From positions 21,454,001-21,518,000 of the forward strand of contig NC_087245.1 of the NCBI RefSeq assembly GCF_037042905.1: a stretch of 64,000 nt of DNA, given 5' to 3'. The notes beneath the pieces are model-generated. The model saw only the letters and a program-made list of their open reading frames with translations, ran no database searches and was not told where the DNA came from. Made by a program: the position numbers and the translations under genes. Shown here piece by piece: positions 38,201-50,689 of this stretch. This DNA comes from Lytechinus pictus (taxonomy: Eukaryota). Numbering within the stretch: the stretch's first letter is position 1; each line of letters starts with the position of its first letter.

Positions 38201-38968
38201 TTTCTCATCTGCTGTTGACATTTTTTTTACTGAAATAAAACTAGTGTTGGGTCGACTTGACCCCTAAAATTATTCTGCTTTCATCATATTTACATGGTTT
38301 TATCCATTTCTTTTTTTATTTCAAAATGGTCATTTGGAAATAATTATGAAGCATTATTGGTATAAAAAAATCGAAATGGACGCGAGCCAACGTAAATTAG
38401 AATGCCTTGTATATTTCAGCTCGAAAACGTTGTGGAAATCATACTAATTGGCATAATAATAATCACCCCCACACTATTAGTGTGATGATGGTGACTCCAA
38501 ATCATTAATCTGGCTAATTACGAATTACGTAACTGCAATTTAGGTTTGTAAACATGTCATATCTATTGATAAGCGACATTGAATCGAAAAGTCTCGTATT
38601 TTGGTATGTGTATATCTTTGTAAGTGTATTACATGCAATATCGGTGTAATGTTAAATGAATTTCCCTCAATGAAATACACGTACTTTTTCACCACCAAAC
38701 TCATTATGTCAAACAAATTGATTTTGTGCTGTCACATGGGTAAAGTAAGATCTGATTGTGACGTCATACACACCATGTGGGTAAGCTGTTCAAGTTCTTC
38801 CTCAGCAGCCGTAATGCATTTAAAGGTAATAATCAACATAATTGAGAAATGATAGTTTTACACCACGATTCCAGTCAAAGCAATATGTAGGTTTATCAAC
38901 GTGATTAATTCTTTTCATTTGAAAGTGATGCTTTCCTAAAAAAATAACGAATCGTGAAGCAGTTTGAG

Positions 38969-39191
38969 GGGGTGTTGCAAGAAAATATTTGCGATCAATT
39001 GCAGATATTCTGTTGCAATTTTACAACTGATAGATCAACGTTAGCTGTAGTAAATCTGATTAAACTTCTTGTTTCAAGGAGCAGATTAGCAATCAATCAA
39101 TCACTAATTTGCAATTACCCGCAAGACATAATGATTTATTAAGGGACCAAAAATAGACTTGCGATTGATCGCAAGTTTCTGGCAACACCCC
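38969..39191. mobile_element. Harbinger-type MITE
   Basis: ggggtgttgcaagaaa..ttgcgatcaattgc / gcgattgatcgcaagtttctggcaacacccc. Confidence 0.75.
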
Positions 39192-39384
39192 ATAAAAGTT
39201 TGAAGAAACATGCATTTAAAAAGAAATTATGGACCTTTATGTTCCCTTTTTTCGAGTTATCGCATATCATATTTTTTGTGTTGTGTGACGGTATGTGGGT
39301 GCATGTGCGTGTGATCATTTATCTTTTTACCTGTTATGATATCTGTGTATTTGTAGGGCTCGGCTATTAGCAGTTTTGATTGTA

Positions 39385-39624
39385 CACTGCAAAAACTCAG
39401 GTGTTGATTTAATACCAGCCCGGAATCTATATATGTCCACACTAGAGAAGTAATGAAACAACACCAGTTTGGAATCAAACCGATGCTGTTTTAATACTAA
39501 TTGTTGTATACACCTATCTGGTGTTAGACCGAAACCAAACTGGTGTAGGTTAACACCTCTCTGGTGTGGACATATTATATAGATTCCGGGCTGGTGTTAA
39601 ATCAACACCGGAGTTTTTGCAGTG
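39385..39624. mobile_element. Foldback MITE with CACT termini and 2-bp TA TSD (CMC/EnSpm-like)
   Basis: About 50-bp near-perfect TIR cactgcaaaaactc.ggtgttgatttaa.accagcccggaatctatata. Confidence 0.85.
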
Positions 39625-42161
39625 TAGGGGTCATGACCGTTATGTAACTTGTTACATTTTGTATTATTTTGTGTGTTATGTAATTTCTGTATAGTTATTT
39701 TGATATTTTAATGGTCAATAATTAAATAGGAGATATTTCTAGGCCGATATATGCCCTCGGTTTTCATGTTCATATTCATCATTTCTAGCTGTTCAGAGAC
39801 ATGTGTCAGAATGTCCTATAGACACGACCCCGAAAGGCTCCAAAACAATATAGTCAACTTTGAATAAATACGGAGAACACAAGAGCTATAGTCTTGTCAA
39901 AATGAGTATGATCTATGCATTTTAACATAATTATCTTCTTGACAAGAAACTCATGGAAATTCAACTTAAGTGCTCCCCTGATTATATTTAAATATTAATA
40001 GATTTCTTCGATTACAGTGTAGTGGTTTCTATTCCAAAGTTGACATGTGAAGACCAGGGACGAAAATCTAGCAAGAATAACTGCCGACCCTCAAATCTCT
40101 TCCTTTTGCAAAAACTCGATTATTATCGAGTATTATCTATAATTATTCATTTCCTTATTTCATTGTATGATTTATGTCTAACGGTTTGTTATTCACTACC
40201 GAGGGTTCACCGTGACCATAATTACAGCCACCACCCCTCCTTTACTTCCTTAATTTATGTTACATCAGCGAATCTCTCAGCTACATCTCTTTTAAATGTT
40301 GCAGGTAACCTCATACATAGTCTATCCTCTATTTTCATCTCCCCTTTTCTACTTAACTCTTCGTCATTAATAGCTCACAGTTTAGGTTAACTTGTCCCTA
40401 TGCTATACCAATATCTTTTCAAACAGTCTAGCCAGCCGAGATTTGTCTGTTATCATATACACACACCAGACCCCGGTCTCTCCTCTCGAAGAGTCCAACG
40501 ACCGCCCGAGGTTGGCACGAGAGACTCGCTTCAAAATGCGCTCGAGTGGCGATACTTGAGCTTGCTGCTCGCACTCAAGCGAATCTATCATTGCACCCCG
40601 TAGCTACTGGGGAGCGAGGCCTGTGGGATTCCGCTATAACGTAGCCACACTCACCTCACACTCTCACACACAGGGGTATAATATAGATCGTGTATACACA
40701 ATGCTATATGTCACTGTGTCAACATCTTAAGCAGACGACGCTTCGAGTGTCGGTAGTCGAGTCTGGAGGGTGATGTGGGTTTTTCCTTCTTCTACTCTCT
40801 CTATCTTCAAAGAAGTCTTTGAATAAACAAGAAATATGTTGTGGTATGCAGGGATGTCGTCTAAAAATGTGTAGGCCTGCCGTGGTTTAGTATATGTCTT
40901 TCGGCAAAGTTTCAATCATAATCATGATAATAGTAATATTTATCATACTTCAGGATTCAACTCATGTGAAAGAAATTTATTATGAAAGAAATAACAGGTG
41001 AATTTGAGATGAAGTTCCAGAGGAGTAATGAGGTGATCAGAGTTCAGAAGAGAAAGAAAGAGAAAGAGAGAGAGGGATAATTGGAGCAAGGGTGAAGTGC
41101 ATAAGAAGTAGCAAAAAGTTCAGAAAATCGTTAACCTGAAAGCATTAGTAAGATGATGAAAGCTATTGATGTAAATGGAGAAAGGTGGTTTGTAGCTCTA
41201 AGGATGGGGAAAGTTTTTTTTAATTGCTTTCAACCAGTCTACATGTCTTTTTATAAAAGCCAATCGGCCTAAATTCGGTGATGTAAATAGCCGGGGTGCC
41301 TAAACGAATATTAGGCCTACAATTTAAAACCAAGTCTTGACACCCACATATTATGGAAGGGAAATTTTTCGAGAAGGGCGAAAAGGGCAAATCCATGTTT
41401 ACCTTGACCACACTCTCTGGTGTAGTATCGACGTTCCACTTAACCTACTTTTTATCAAAGACCTACAATTTGTGAGAGAACAAATATTGAGTGATAGCGA
41501 CACCAACGACAATCCTGAGGCATTCCAACCCTTCCGCGCCAAGGGCGATAGGCTGTTGTGACGATGACGGAAAAAGGTTGGTTTGCACTCATCGATGTAC
41601 CAACTTCCATTATAGCAAAGAGGAGCGATCACGCTTACCCCTTCGTGAAATAAAGTTTTGAAAGAAAGAAAGGAAGTGATTAGTTATATTAATTTGAATA
41701 AATACGTTCACAGAAAAAAAAACCTAGACCTACATTCGTTTCTCCAGTGGATTTTACTTCTGCCATATCGTAGATCAAAGAAAGTCTTTGGCGCCTACCA
41801 AATCATAGATTTTATGAAACCAATTAGCTTGCTGATGTTAGTATAGTTTAGTCAGCCAATTTCTTTTCTCTTTTAGGTTCAAGTGCTATTTGAAAGTTAA
41901 CCCATGAACGCTCAATGTCTGACCAATTGGATACTGTACAAAACCCATTGTTTGGTGATATTTGTCTAGCATTACCTCAGAGACAAACTTTGACAGTTCT
42001 CAGTCAGATATTAGTGCGCCTTCTCGACGCTCCATAATGGCCCAAAATCACCAAAGGCAACTTCTCAGAGACTATACAGTCGCGGAGACGTTTCCAATAT
42101 AAAAGTTTCTTTGATCTAACCAAGGAGACGTCTCTGTGACATATTCAGACAATGAGACCAG

Positions 42162-42433
42162 GGGCCCGTCTTACAAAGAGTTATGATTGATCCAATCATT
42201 CGCAAAGCTATGGAAATCCATCCATACCATATTTTCTACAGGAAATTTGCACGATCTCCTCAGTAAAACAAAAAGAATCACACTGAATCTTCAAAAGAAT
42301 CATGATGAATGTATGAATATACATCATAATCTAGAAAATATTTTGAACAAATTTACATTTTAGATGCTGAGGATGCTGGCCATCCATAGTTGCGATTGAT
42401 CCGATCAATAGCAACTCTTTGTAAGATGGGCCC
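42162..42433. mobile_element. Harbinger-type MITE
   Basis: TIR gggcccgtcttacaaagagtt / aactctttgtaagatgggccc. Confidence 0.8.
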
Positions 42434-43361
42434 CTTAACTATGTCCGACAGTTGCAGGGATGTTCCTACAAAGTCTCCAAGTAATCGCTCCTAGTGTGGC
42501 AGTGACGTCTCATGGTTTCAGTTGAGGCCATATCTCACAACAGGAGACGTCTCAGAGAACACAGCCGTGGAGTCGTCTCTAACATAAAAGGTTCTTCTGT
42601 TTCACCAGTGAGACGTATCTGCGATAGCCCGATTTACACGAGCCGTCAAACTAAGAAATCCTGGATCTGCCGCTGGTATGAAGTAAAGCTACAGATAATT
42701 TATTCTTATCTTAGTATATCAAGGCTGTTATTATTACTTCTCTACCTCTGTTTCGATAAACTATCAGACGCACTTTAACCATTGACATTTCAGTAAGGAA
42801 AATATCACTAGTTCACAAATGCCATGAGCCATTCTGACTCGCATCTGGTATCTATTCTCTTTCCCAAATCCGGTTTTACCAGTTATTCATGTCGGAAGCA
42901 GATCAATTGATGACATTTGTATACATTTCTCGCAGAGAAGACGGTTCTTGATTTTTCAAAGTTGACTATTTGGCAAATATTTAAAAATTACTTTCTTTCG
43001 GCCGCGTATATCACATTAACGACAATGGTATATCATGAACTAAAAGGGGGGGGGGGGGGGTTACCCCGTGTGATCCACTAAAATTTTCACATTATTTTTA
43101 GTTTAACTGTATCTCCGACAGTGGTAAACAACTATGATGAATTCAATGTGAACATCACACAATTTGTCATTTATTTCCTGCATTTCTGCATTACTACCAC
43201 ATGTTGTAGAAATTGGCCCCTGTCTCCATTATGTTGATGCGGTGTCCGCCAGTATCTCTATCAATTCGATTATGTATCAGCCTATAACTTTGGATTATCC
43301 GGGGATAGAGGTAAGAATTTTGGAACATGAACGAGATAAATAATATCCAGCTTCACTTTAA

Positions 43362-43936
43362 AGGACAAGTCCACCCCAACATAAAGTTGATTTGAATAAA
43401 AAGAGAAAAATCCAACAAGCATAACACTAAAAATTTCATCAAAATCGGATGTAAAATAAAGTTATGCATTTTAAAGTTTTGCTTAATTTCACAAATCAGT
43501 TATATACATCCTGGTCGGTATGCAAATGAGGAAACTGATGACGTCATCCACTCACTATTTCTTTTGTATTTTATTATATGAAATATTCTTATTTTCTATA
43601 CATTGCCAAATGAAAAAAAAATTCTCCCTGAACGTGTGGAATTAGCATTGTTTAATACTATATGGTTCAGTCAAGTTGGTCCTTATTGTCAAATCTGTAA
43701 AAAATGAAATATTGTATAATTCAAACGATACAAAACAAAAGAAATAGTGAGTGAGTGACATCATCGACTGTTTAATTTGCATGTCGCATATCACTGTTTT
43801 GTGAAAAATAAGCAAAACTTTAAAATGTCATAACTTTCTTATTTTACATCCGATTTTGATGAAATTTTCAGCGTTATGCTAGTTTGATTTTTCTCTATTT
43901 ATTCAAATCAACATTTTTCTGGGGTGGACTTGACCT
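43362..43936. mobile_element. Kolobok/T2-type MITE, fuller copy
   Basis: TTAA|aggacaagtccacccca ... tggggtggacttgacct|TTAA with long imperfect inverted arms. Confidence 0.9.
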
Positions 43937-45459
43937 TTAAGCAATAAGATGAGACCCAAAGTTAATTTGATTTGTTTCTTACAAACCAAAAATGTTCATG
44001 ACACAATATTAAAAAAAAAATCTCATGCACTCTTTCTATTGCTCTTCTTTCTTCATTATGCTCATTCTCTCCTCTTTTAATTTTTTTCTTCATTTTTTTT
44101 CTGTTGAAAACATCTTAATGAAGCTTACCCTTTCCTTCATGTGCCGCTGCACCGGGATAAACCAAGATGTAATAGTCGACGTCAAGATAGGTTAATGCTG
44201 AGAGACATTTCTTGGTCAAATCATGCATTAATCATAATACAAAAATACAAACAAAAGTATTTGGACGGGGAAAAAAATCTTTCTCATTTCATTAAAGATA
44301 AATCTGACAACTGTGATGGAAAAAAGTGATCAAATTTTGCAATTTTACGATCAGTCGTCTGCTATAAACAGATCTTCAATCGCTGCAAATAAAGGTTCTT
44401 AATGCATGGGCTGGCGCTTTAAAGCGAACCAAAATTACGATTCCTTGATGACAATTGATGATTACCAAATAGCCGTTCATCAAAAGATAAAGTATCGAGA
44501 GATGTTGAAGATCGTAAGGATGTGCAGAAGAGTTTGCAGAAATATGGAAAAGCATGACTTTTCAGATTGGTTACAAAAGTTTGAGAAGTACGTGCAAGGC
44601 GCAATGTAATTACAATACAACCAGACCATTCACGTCCGCAGACTAAGGAATGGAAAATAAACTGAAACGTAATACTTCACCATGTAACTACGTCATACTA
44701 CTTTAATGGCGTCATTTGGTGTGTTACGAACTAAACTACATCAAAGTCACACGACGCCTATGTTGGTTCGTACACGTCGGTGCCGAGAAGGTTAAGCAAA
44801 ATCTCGTTCAACATTTCACTCACGCATCAATCTTTCGTTCTAGAAATGATAGACTCACACATTTATGTTTATTATGAGTACTTTGGACGCACAAGCCCTC
44901 CGAACTGGCTTGTTTATGTTGGGATCTCGGCGTCTTGTGAGAGATAGACGACGTGCGTGTGTGCGTGGACTGGTGTGCGTGACCTATACAAGTGAGTGTG
45001 CGTGAAGTTGTGTGTGCTTGTCCTGAGGAGCGAGAAGGTCATGGGCGGATCTCATTTAGCCGAGTGCTAGGATTATGGCTGAGGTAAACGCACACGTGAA
45101 GAAATATGTGTTTTGAAGTAAGAGTAGAACGAACGTGATATGAAAAACGTTCATCTCTTTTCTTCATCCTCGACATGAGTTTTCCCTTTCCACCCCTTTC
45201 TTGTTGCGTTTGAGAGTACTTCAAAATAAACAACTGACAATTCTCGTAAAAGGACATTCTAAATAAACAATCCTTAGTGACAGATATATGAAATCTTCTC
45301 CGATTATTTATTTAGATCAGATTAAGAATTAAAATTTTCTATATAGAAATCAGCTATACAAAATACATGTATGCGAAACGTGCTCGCTCTGAAAAAATGT
45401 TTGTCGTGTGACATGTTCTCGAAATACTTAGAAAAATTAACCATCTTACAGTCGTCTGT

Positions 45460-45690
45460 GCCACAGTGTGTTTACAGTGTGGAACACAATATGACTTCAC
45501 CTTCACATTGTTAAATTTGAGCTTTTCAACAGTGTGAATCACAAATTCACGTAGTCTACCATACAAACACACTGTAAACATCCACACCATGAAGGTATAT
45601 AGCCACAGTGTGAAATTCCTTTTACACTGTTAAATTTGAACATTTGAAGAGTGTGGATCATTATTTCACATAGTCCACTGTGTGAACACA
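45460..45690. repeat. Degenerate direct repeat, period about 120 bp (probable transposon remnant)
   Basis: cacagtgtg...caca.tgttaaatttga...agtgtg.atca...ttcac.tagtc occurs twice. Confidence 0.5.
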
Positions 45691-47832
45691 CTGATAACTT
45701 TGTGTGACTCTGCGCTCTTTCCAGCAAGGATAGCATGATTCCTGATGACTATATATTTTCTATTTGTTGGACCCCCCCTCCCCAGTGTCAGATAGGGAGA
45801 TGGGCGTGGATTGCATATAAACAGGTTCAAAGTGGGGTTATTGAAGGCAACGACCAAAATAATCAGTGACAAGTTGCACGAAATTGGATATAACGGATAT
45901 CACAGAAAGGTTGTCAATTCTGCCACTTCACCTGTTTTTGCTACCATGAATCGATAAAAGGGATAACAGGGAGACAGTGTAAATCTTTGTTTATATCTCA
46001 CGGACACAACTAACATACGATGGTATTTCCTCATAAATTGCGATTATTCTTATACAATGAGGCAAATGCTTGAGAAAAATATACAGACAAAATGTTGGAT
46101 ATACCAGCACCCCGGCAAACATACTCACTAGCAGAATAGACACCCATTACAGAACTATTTGTCTTCACATAAAACTAGAAAGAGTTACAAGTGAGTTAAG
46201 AAGAGATAAAGAGAAAAAACAAAGAGAGAGAGAAGGGGGGAGGGGAGGGAGAAGAGAGAGAAAGAGATTGAATTGGCAATCGTACTCAGGGAGGAAAGAA
46301 ATGTCTGTTCAAAATATGAACGTCACCTCATAAAAATATCGCCCACTTTGGCCGTTATCGCGGTCGAATGCATTGCCCATTCGTCATCCAGATATCAAAA
46401 AATATTATCTGGATTATGCTGGAATAGCAACAATATATCTATTTAATGTCAGCGGGATGACCATATTCAAGGCTCCAAGATTTCGGGAGAGCTTTTGCAA
46501 ACCCTGAACACATTGCTCATAATAATCCTATTCATATTAAGCACATCGTTCCTTAACTACATATACAGTATGGAGTGTGGTTTACCTCGAAACATTTCGG
46601 AGGTGAAGTATTTTAGAGAGGCAGCTTATACGTAACTGGCTTGGAAAATATTGTATTGGATGATTTAAGTATTTAAGTATTTCTTTGCAAATTACTGAGA
46701 GGAGTCATGTAAAATATGTTATGAAAAGGTACAAATAGTATTTTGTTAGTTCTTCATTTCACCTTGTTCTTTATATATCTCTAGTACCTAATTATTGCGA
46801 AAAGTGGGCTTAACATAATTTATATAGATTATGTTAGGCAGACGTCGAGCTACTTGCTTAATATCATCATGGACTTTATTATGATTGCGTCATAAACAAG
46901 TAAAAATTCAACGTTCTTTTAAAACTTTTAACTTACATGCCATTTACAAAATTGTCCTACTCAACACTTGTTTAATACTTATACCAAGACTTAGACGATC
47001 CAATTCTTACGAGCAGCGTCAAAAACATTATAAACTGACGCATGCATCGGCGTCATTCTGTTTTCTGTATTATTTGCGGGGAAGGGATACCAATCTCCCA
47101 TCAAATTGATGCCATCATACGAGCGAGCTAAACGAATGAAGAAATATAATTACTCTTGGTGGTAAAAATATTATATTTCACCCTGAAAATAGCTATATCC
47201 ATACAATTACAGAAGTGTTATTCAAATTATATCGTATAAATAAATCTATGAATCAGCATGCATGTAACTATTAACCTGAATTCAGATTTTATGAGCGAAC
47301 GAAATCAGCGAAAAATAAGCTATAAATTTCGAAATAATTATTATCGTGATCTATTTTGCAAGGTCCAGCCCATTCTACGAAATTGACAGCTTTGTCAGAG
47401 CTTTATATACCATTATTTAGATCAGCTATCTGTGAGCAAGCATGACCTGTTTTACACATCAGTTCACACATCACATCCTGAGTGGAATTCCTTTGAAAGT
47501 AGTATGTTCAAGTTGATCAGGTTTAGAAATGTCACAACGCACATGCAGAACATATCACGCGCGCGAACATTTATCATTTGAACTCGTCAGGAATGACGTC
47601 TGTGATAAATATGAATTGCATTCGAGATCTCGAACTCTATTCTCTGTGACTGAGCGTGACTCTGTGCTCATTTTATTCTGAATGTTATAGAGTTTAAAGT
47701 GTTTTGCTGGTGGTCGACGAACAGTTACAGATTGCATTGAACAGCAGTTAATTCAAATGATCCTTAATAAGTAGAAATATTACACAATTGCACTACACAC
47801 TACTACACAGCACGCTTTCGTGAATTTCATTG

Positions 47833-48004
47833 CACTCTTAAAAATGTTGGGCAACATAATATCCACACACAATTGGTTAAAACTTTATCCAATTCTATAG
47901 TTTTAAACCAATAATGTGTGCTTTGGGTGAAAACTACCAAGAGTTGAATACATTTTTAAACCAATTGTTGTGTGGACAGTATGTTCCCCAACATTTTAAG
48001 AGTG
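47833..48004. mobile_element. Foldback MITE with CACT termini and 2-bp TG TSD (CMC/EnSpm-like)
   Basis: TG|cactcttaaaaatgttggg ... cccaacattttaagagtg|TG. Confidence 0.8.
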
Positions 48005-48735
48005 TGGCAATAATTTGTGAATCTCTTTCTTTTCTTTCGAGTACCCCCTTTAATATTCATCGTAACCCCCTATCACATTCATTAAATAAAAACAGGTACG
48101 AAGGCAAGCAGCTGTCGTGACATTCATCATGTATGCAACCATCAGCATGAATAACATCCATCGGAATTAATGATCCACTCAATGAAGCCTGAGTGGTCAT
48201 GTCGATGATCATGATAACCATTTTAACCACCATGGTGTTAGATATTACAACCACATAAAAAAGAAGACATTTTAATTTCAGTTGCGTTCAGTTATTTCAA
48301 ATATGATATTACCATATTCATAATAATGCTTTCGAGGCTCATATTGATACGATGTTATCTAATTTCCGATGTAAATAGAAACAACTGAAATCAAGAAAAG
48401 TACAAGAGTTCCATTTACGCATAATTGGGTATACACAGTGGTCATCACTAGGACCTCTTTTATTTAAACAATGATGTCATTAGTGGAATGGATTTAAAAC
48501 ATAGTTTTACATAACATTCAACCAAAGTTACGGATAGAATCCTTGAAAGTTTTGTTGAAATAATTCAGCGAGTAGGTTATAGAATTTGCTAAGCTATGAG
48601 ATAAAAAGCTTACTATACAATCAGCAAAATCGGGGGAAAAAACAATGGTAGGTCAGATGGATTTAGAACATCGGAGAATTCTATTGGAAGAATATTTGAT
48701 TATAAATATGAATGTTTGTACTTTTACTATTATTC

Positions 48736-48736
<1 letters not shown>

Positions 48737-48798
<62 letters not shown>

Positions 48799-48800
48799 TA

Positions 48801-48860
<60 letters not shown>

Positions 48861-48889
48861 TACTACCACTATTACTACTACTACTACTT

Positions 48890-48941
<52 letters not shown>

Positions 48942-49010
48942 TATTACTACTACTACTTCTACTACTACTACTACGAATACTACTACGAATACTTTTATGT
49001 TACTACTACT
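48737..49010. repeat. (TAC)n microsatellite, about 270 bp
   Basis: Seen directly; a second tract lies at about 49800-49903. Confidence 0.97.
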
Positions 49011-49851
49011 TTCAAAGATCCACAATGAGAAGCATGTATTAGTTTCAGAAATATTAAGACATAATGTTGATATATTTTGCAACCAACGTTCCTCTCTTAT
49101 CATGACCCTATATATTTTGTCACTTAATAATTTACCTATACATGAACTCTTGTCGTACTCAGAAGGCAATAACGGAATTTAATGACTTTGTAAACAGGAG
49201 ACACAACCATTAGTGAGATTATACTAGAGCACCTTTATTGGATCAACACAAACGCAAAATGGCATTGTTGTAATATTGATCAAATCGACAGGCTTTTAAG
49301 AGTAGATAAGACAAGACATGTACCAAGAGGAATATCGATCCAGTAAGCTTGTAAATGTACGATTAAAGTACGGCCATCTAAGAGATAAATTTAAGGGGCT
49401 TAGCAAAACCGATCGATTGAAAATGGAGAATGGAGAATACGAAATCTTGCATCAAGATAAGAGCTGACAATATTAGCTAACGTACCTTTTACTCTATATG
49501 AGTATTTTTTTCTCAAGTGGCACTTTTGATCTGGCAAGGAATGTAATAAAAGACCTGACAATAAAATCTTAATGTATAAATTATTGAATTTCCATAAGAA
49601 ACAGATCATGATTTGTTTAGAATATTCTTTCCACTATGACTACTATAACTTCCACTTCTATTAGGTGATGACGACAAAGCCGACGATTGGTACATTTATC
49701 TCTATTAGCACTTCTTCCACCACCAATTATACAATACTTCTTCTATTAGTACTTATACTGCAGATGATTACCACCACTTTTTATACTACCTGTATATACT
49801 GCTATTGCTACTATTACTACTGCTACTACTACTTCTACCTTCTAAAAATAT

Positions 49852-49903
<52 letters not shown>

Positions 49904-49928
49904 GCAGATGTTTACCACCACTATACAC

Positions 49929-50006
49929 CAGGGGCGTCGATCCATTTTTCAGATTGGGGGGGCAAAATCATTAACGTTCCAAAGGTGCTCGATCGTACAA
50001 AACACC

Positions 50007-50091
<85 letters not shown>

Positions 50092-50689
50092 GACTCATGA
50101 GACACAGACACGTATCTCACTACACAGATAGTACGAGTGCCGAGAATGAGCTCAAATTTCTTTATATTCTGAGCTGAAACTTTATATTCTAAGCATTTTT
50201 GGTACCAATGATTAAGATTTGTATCTAAAAGAAGAATAGATGCGAACGCGAAGCGCGAGCTGAAAATGTTGATATTTCGATCTGAAAAAATGACAGTTTA
50301 CTGGACGTTTTTGATAAAGAACAAGCTCTATATCCAAGAAAAGATTATTGCAAATTGAAGCAGTTCTTTTGAGGCTTAGAACTGAAAACGGGACATTTAC
50401 ATTCACCAATTTAATCATGAAAAGTATGGGTTTTTTGCTACAGAAATGATGCGAGCGCGAAGCGCGAGCTGAAAATTTTTATATTCCAATCTGAAAAGCG
50501 GACATTTTGAGCACGATTTTAAATAAAGAACGAGTTGTGTATCTCAATCTCGCTTGCTGAACATTACAATCTTGTTTTTTTTAATGCATATCCAGAATTA
50601 TTGGGGGGGCAAAATGATATGTTTGTCCCCCCAATATTTTCATTGGTGGGGCGATCGCCCCCCCTGCCCCCCCAGGATCGACGCCTCTG
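49929..50689. mobile_element. Non-autonomous hAT element with internal (CA)n(TA)n
   Basis: TIR caggggcgtcgatcc / ggatcgacgcctctg; perfect 8-bp TSD CTATACAC (49921-49928, 50690-50697). Confidence 0.9.

Noticed and set aside
48645..50131. Poly-Thr/Tyr/Leu/Val ORFs
   Set aside because: Translations of (TAC)n and (TA)n microsatellites.
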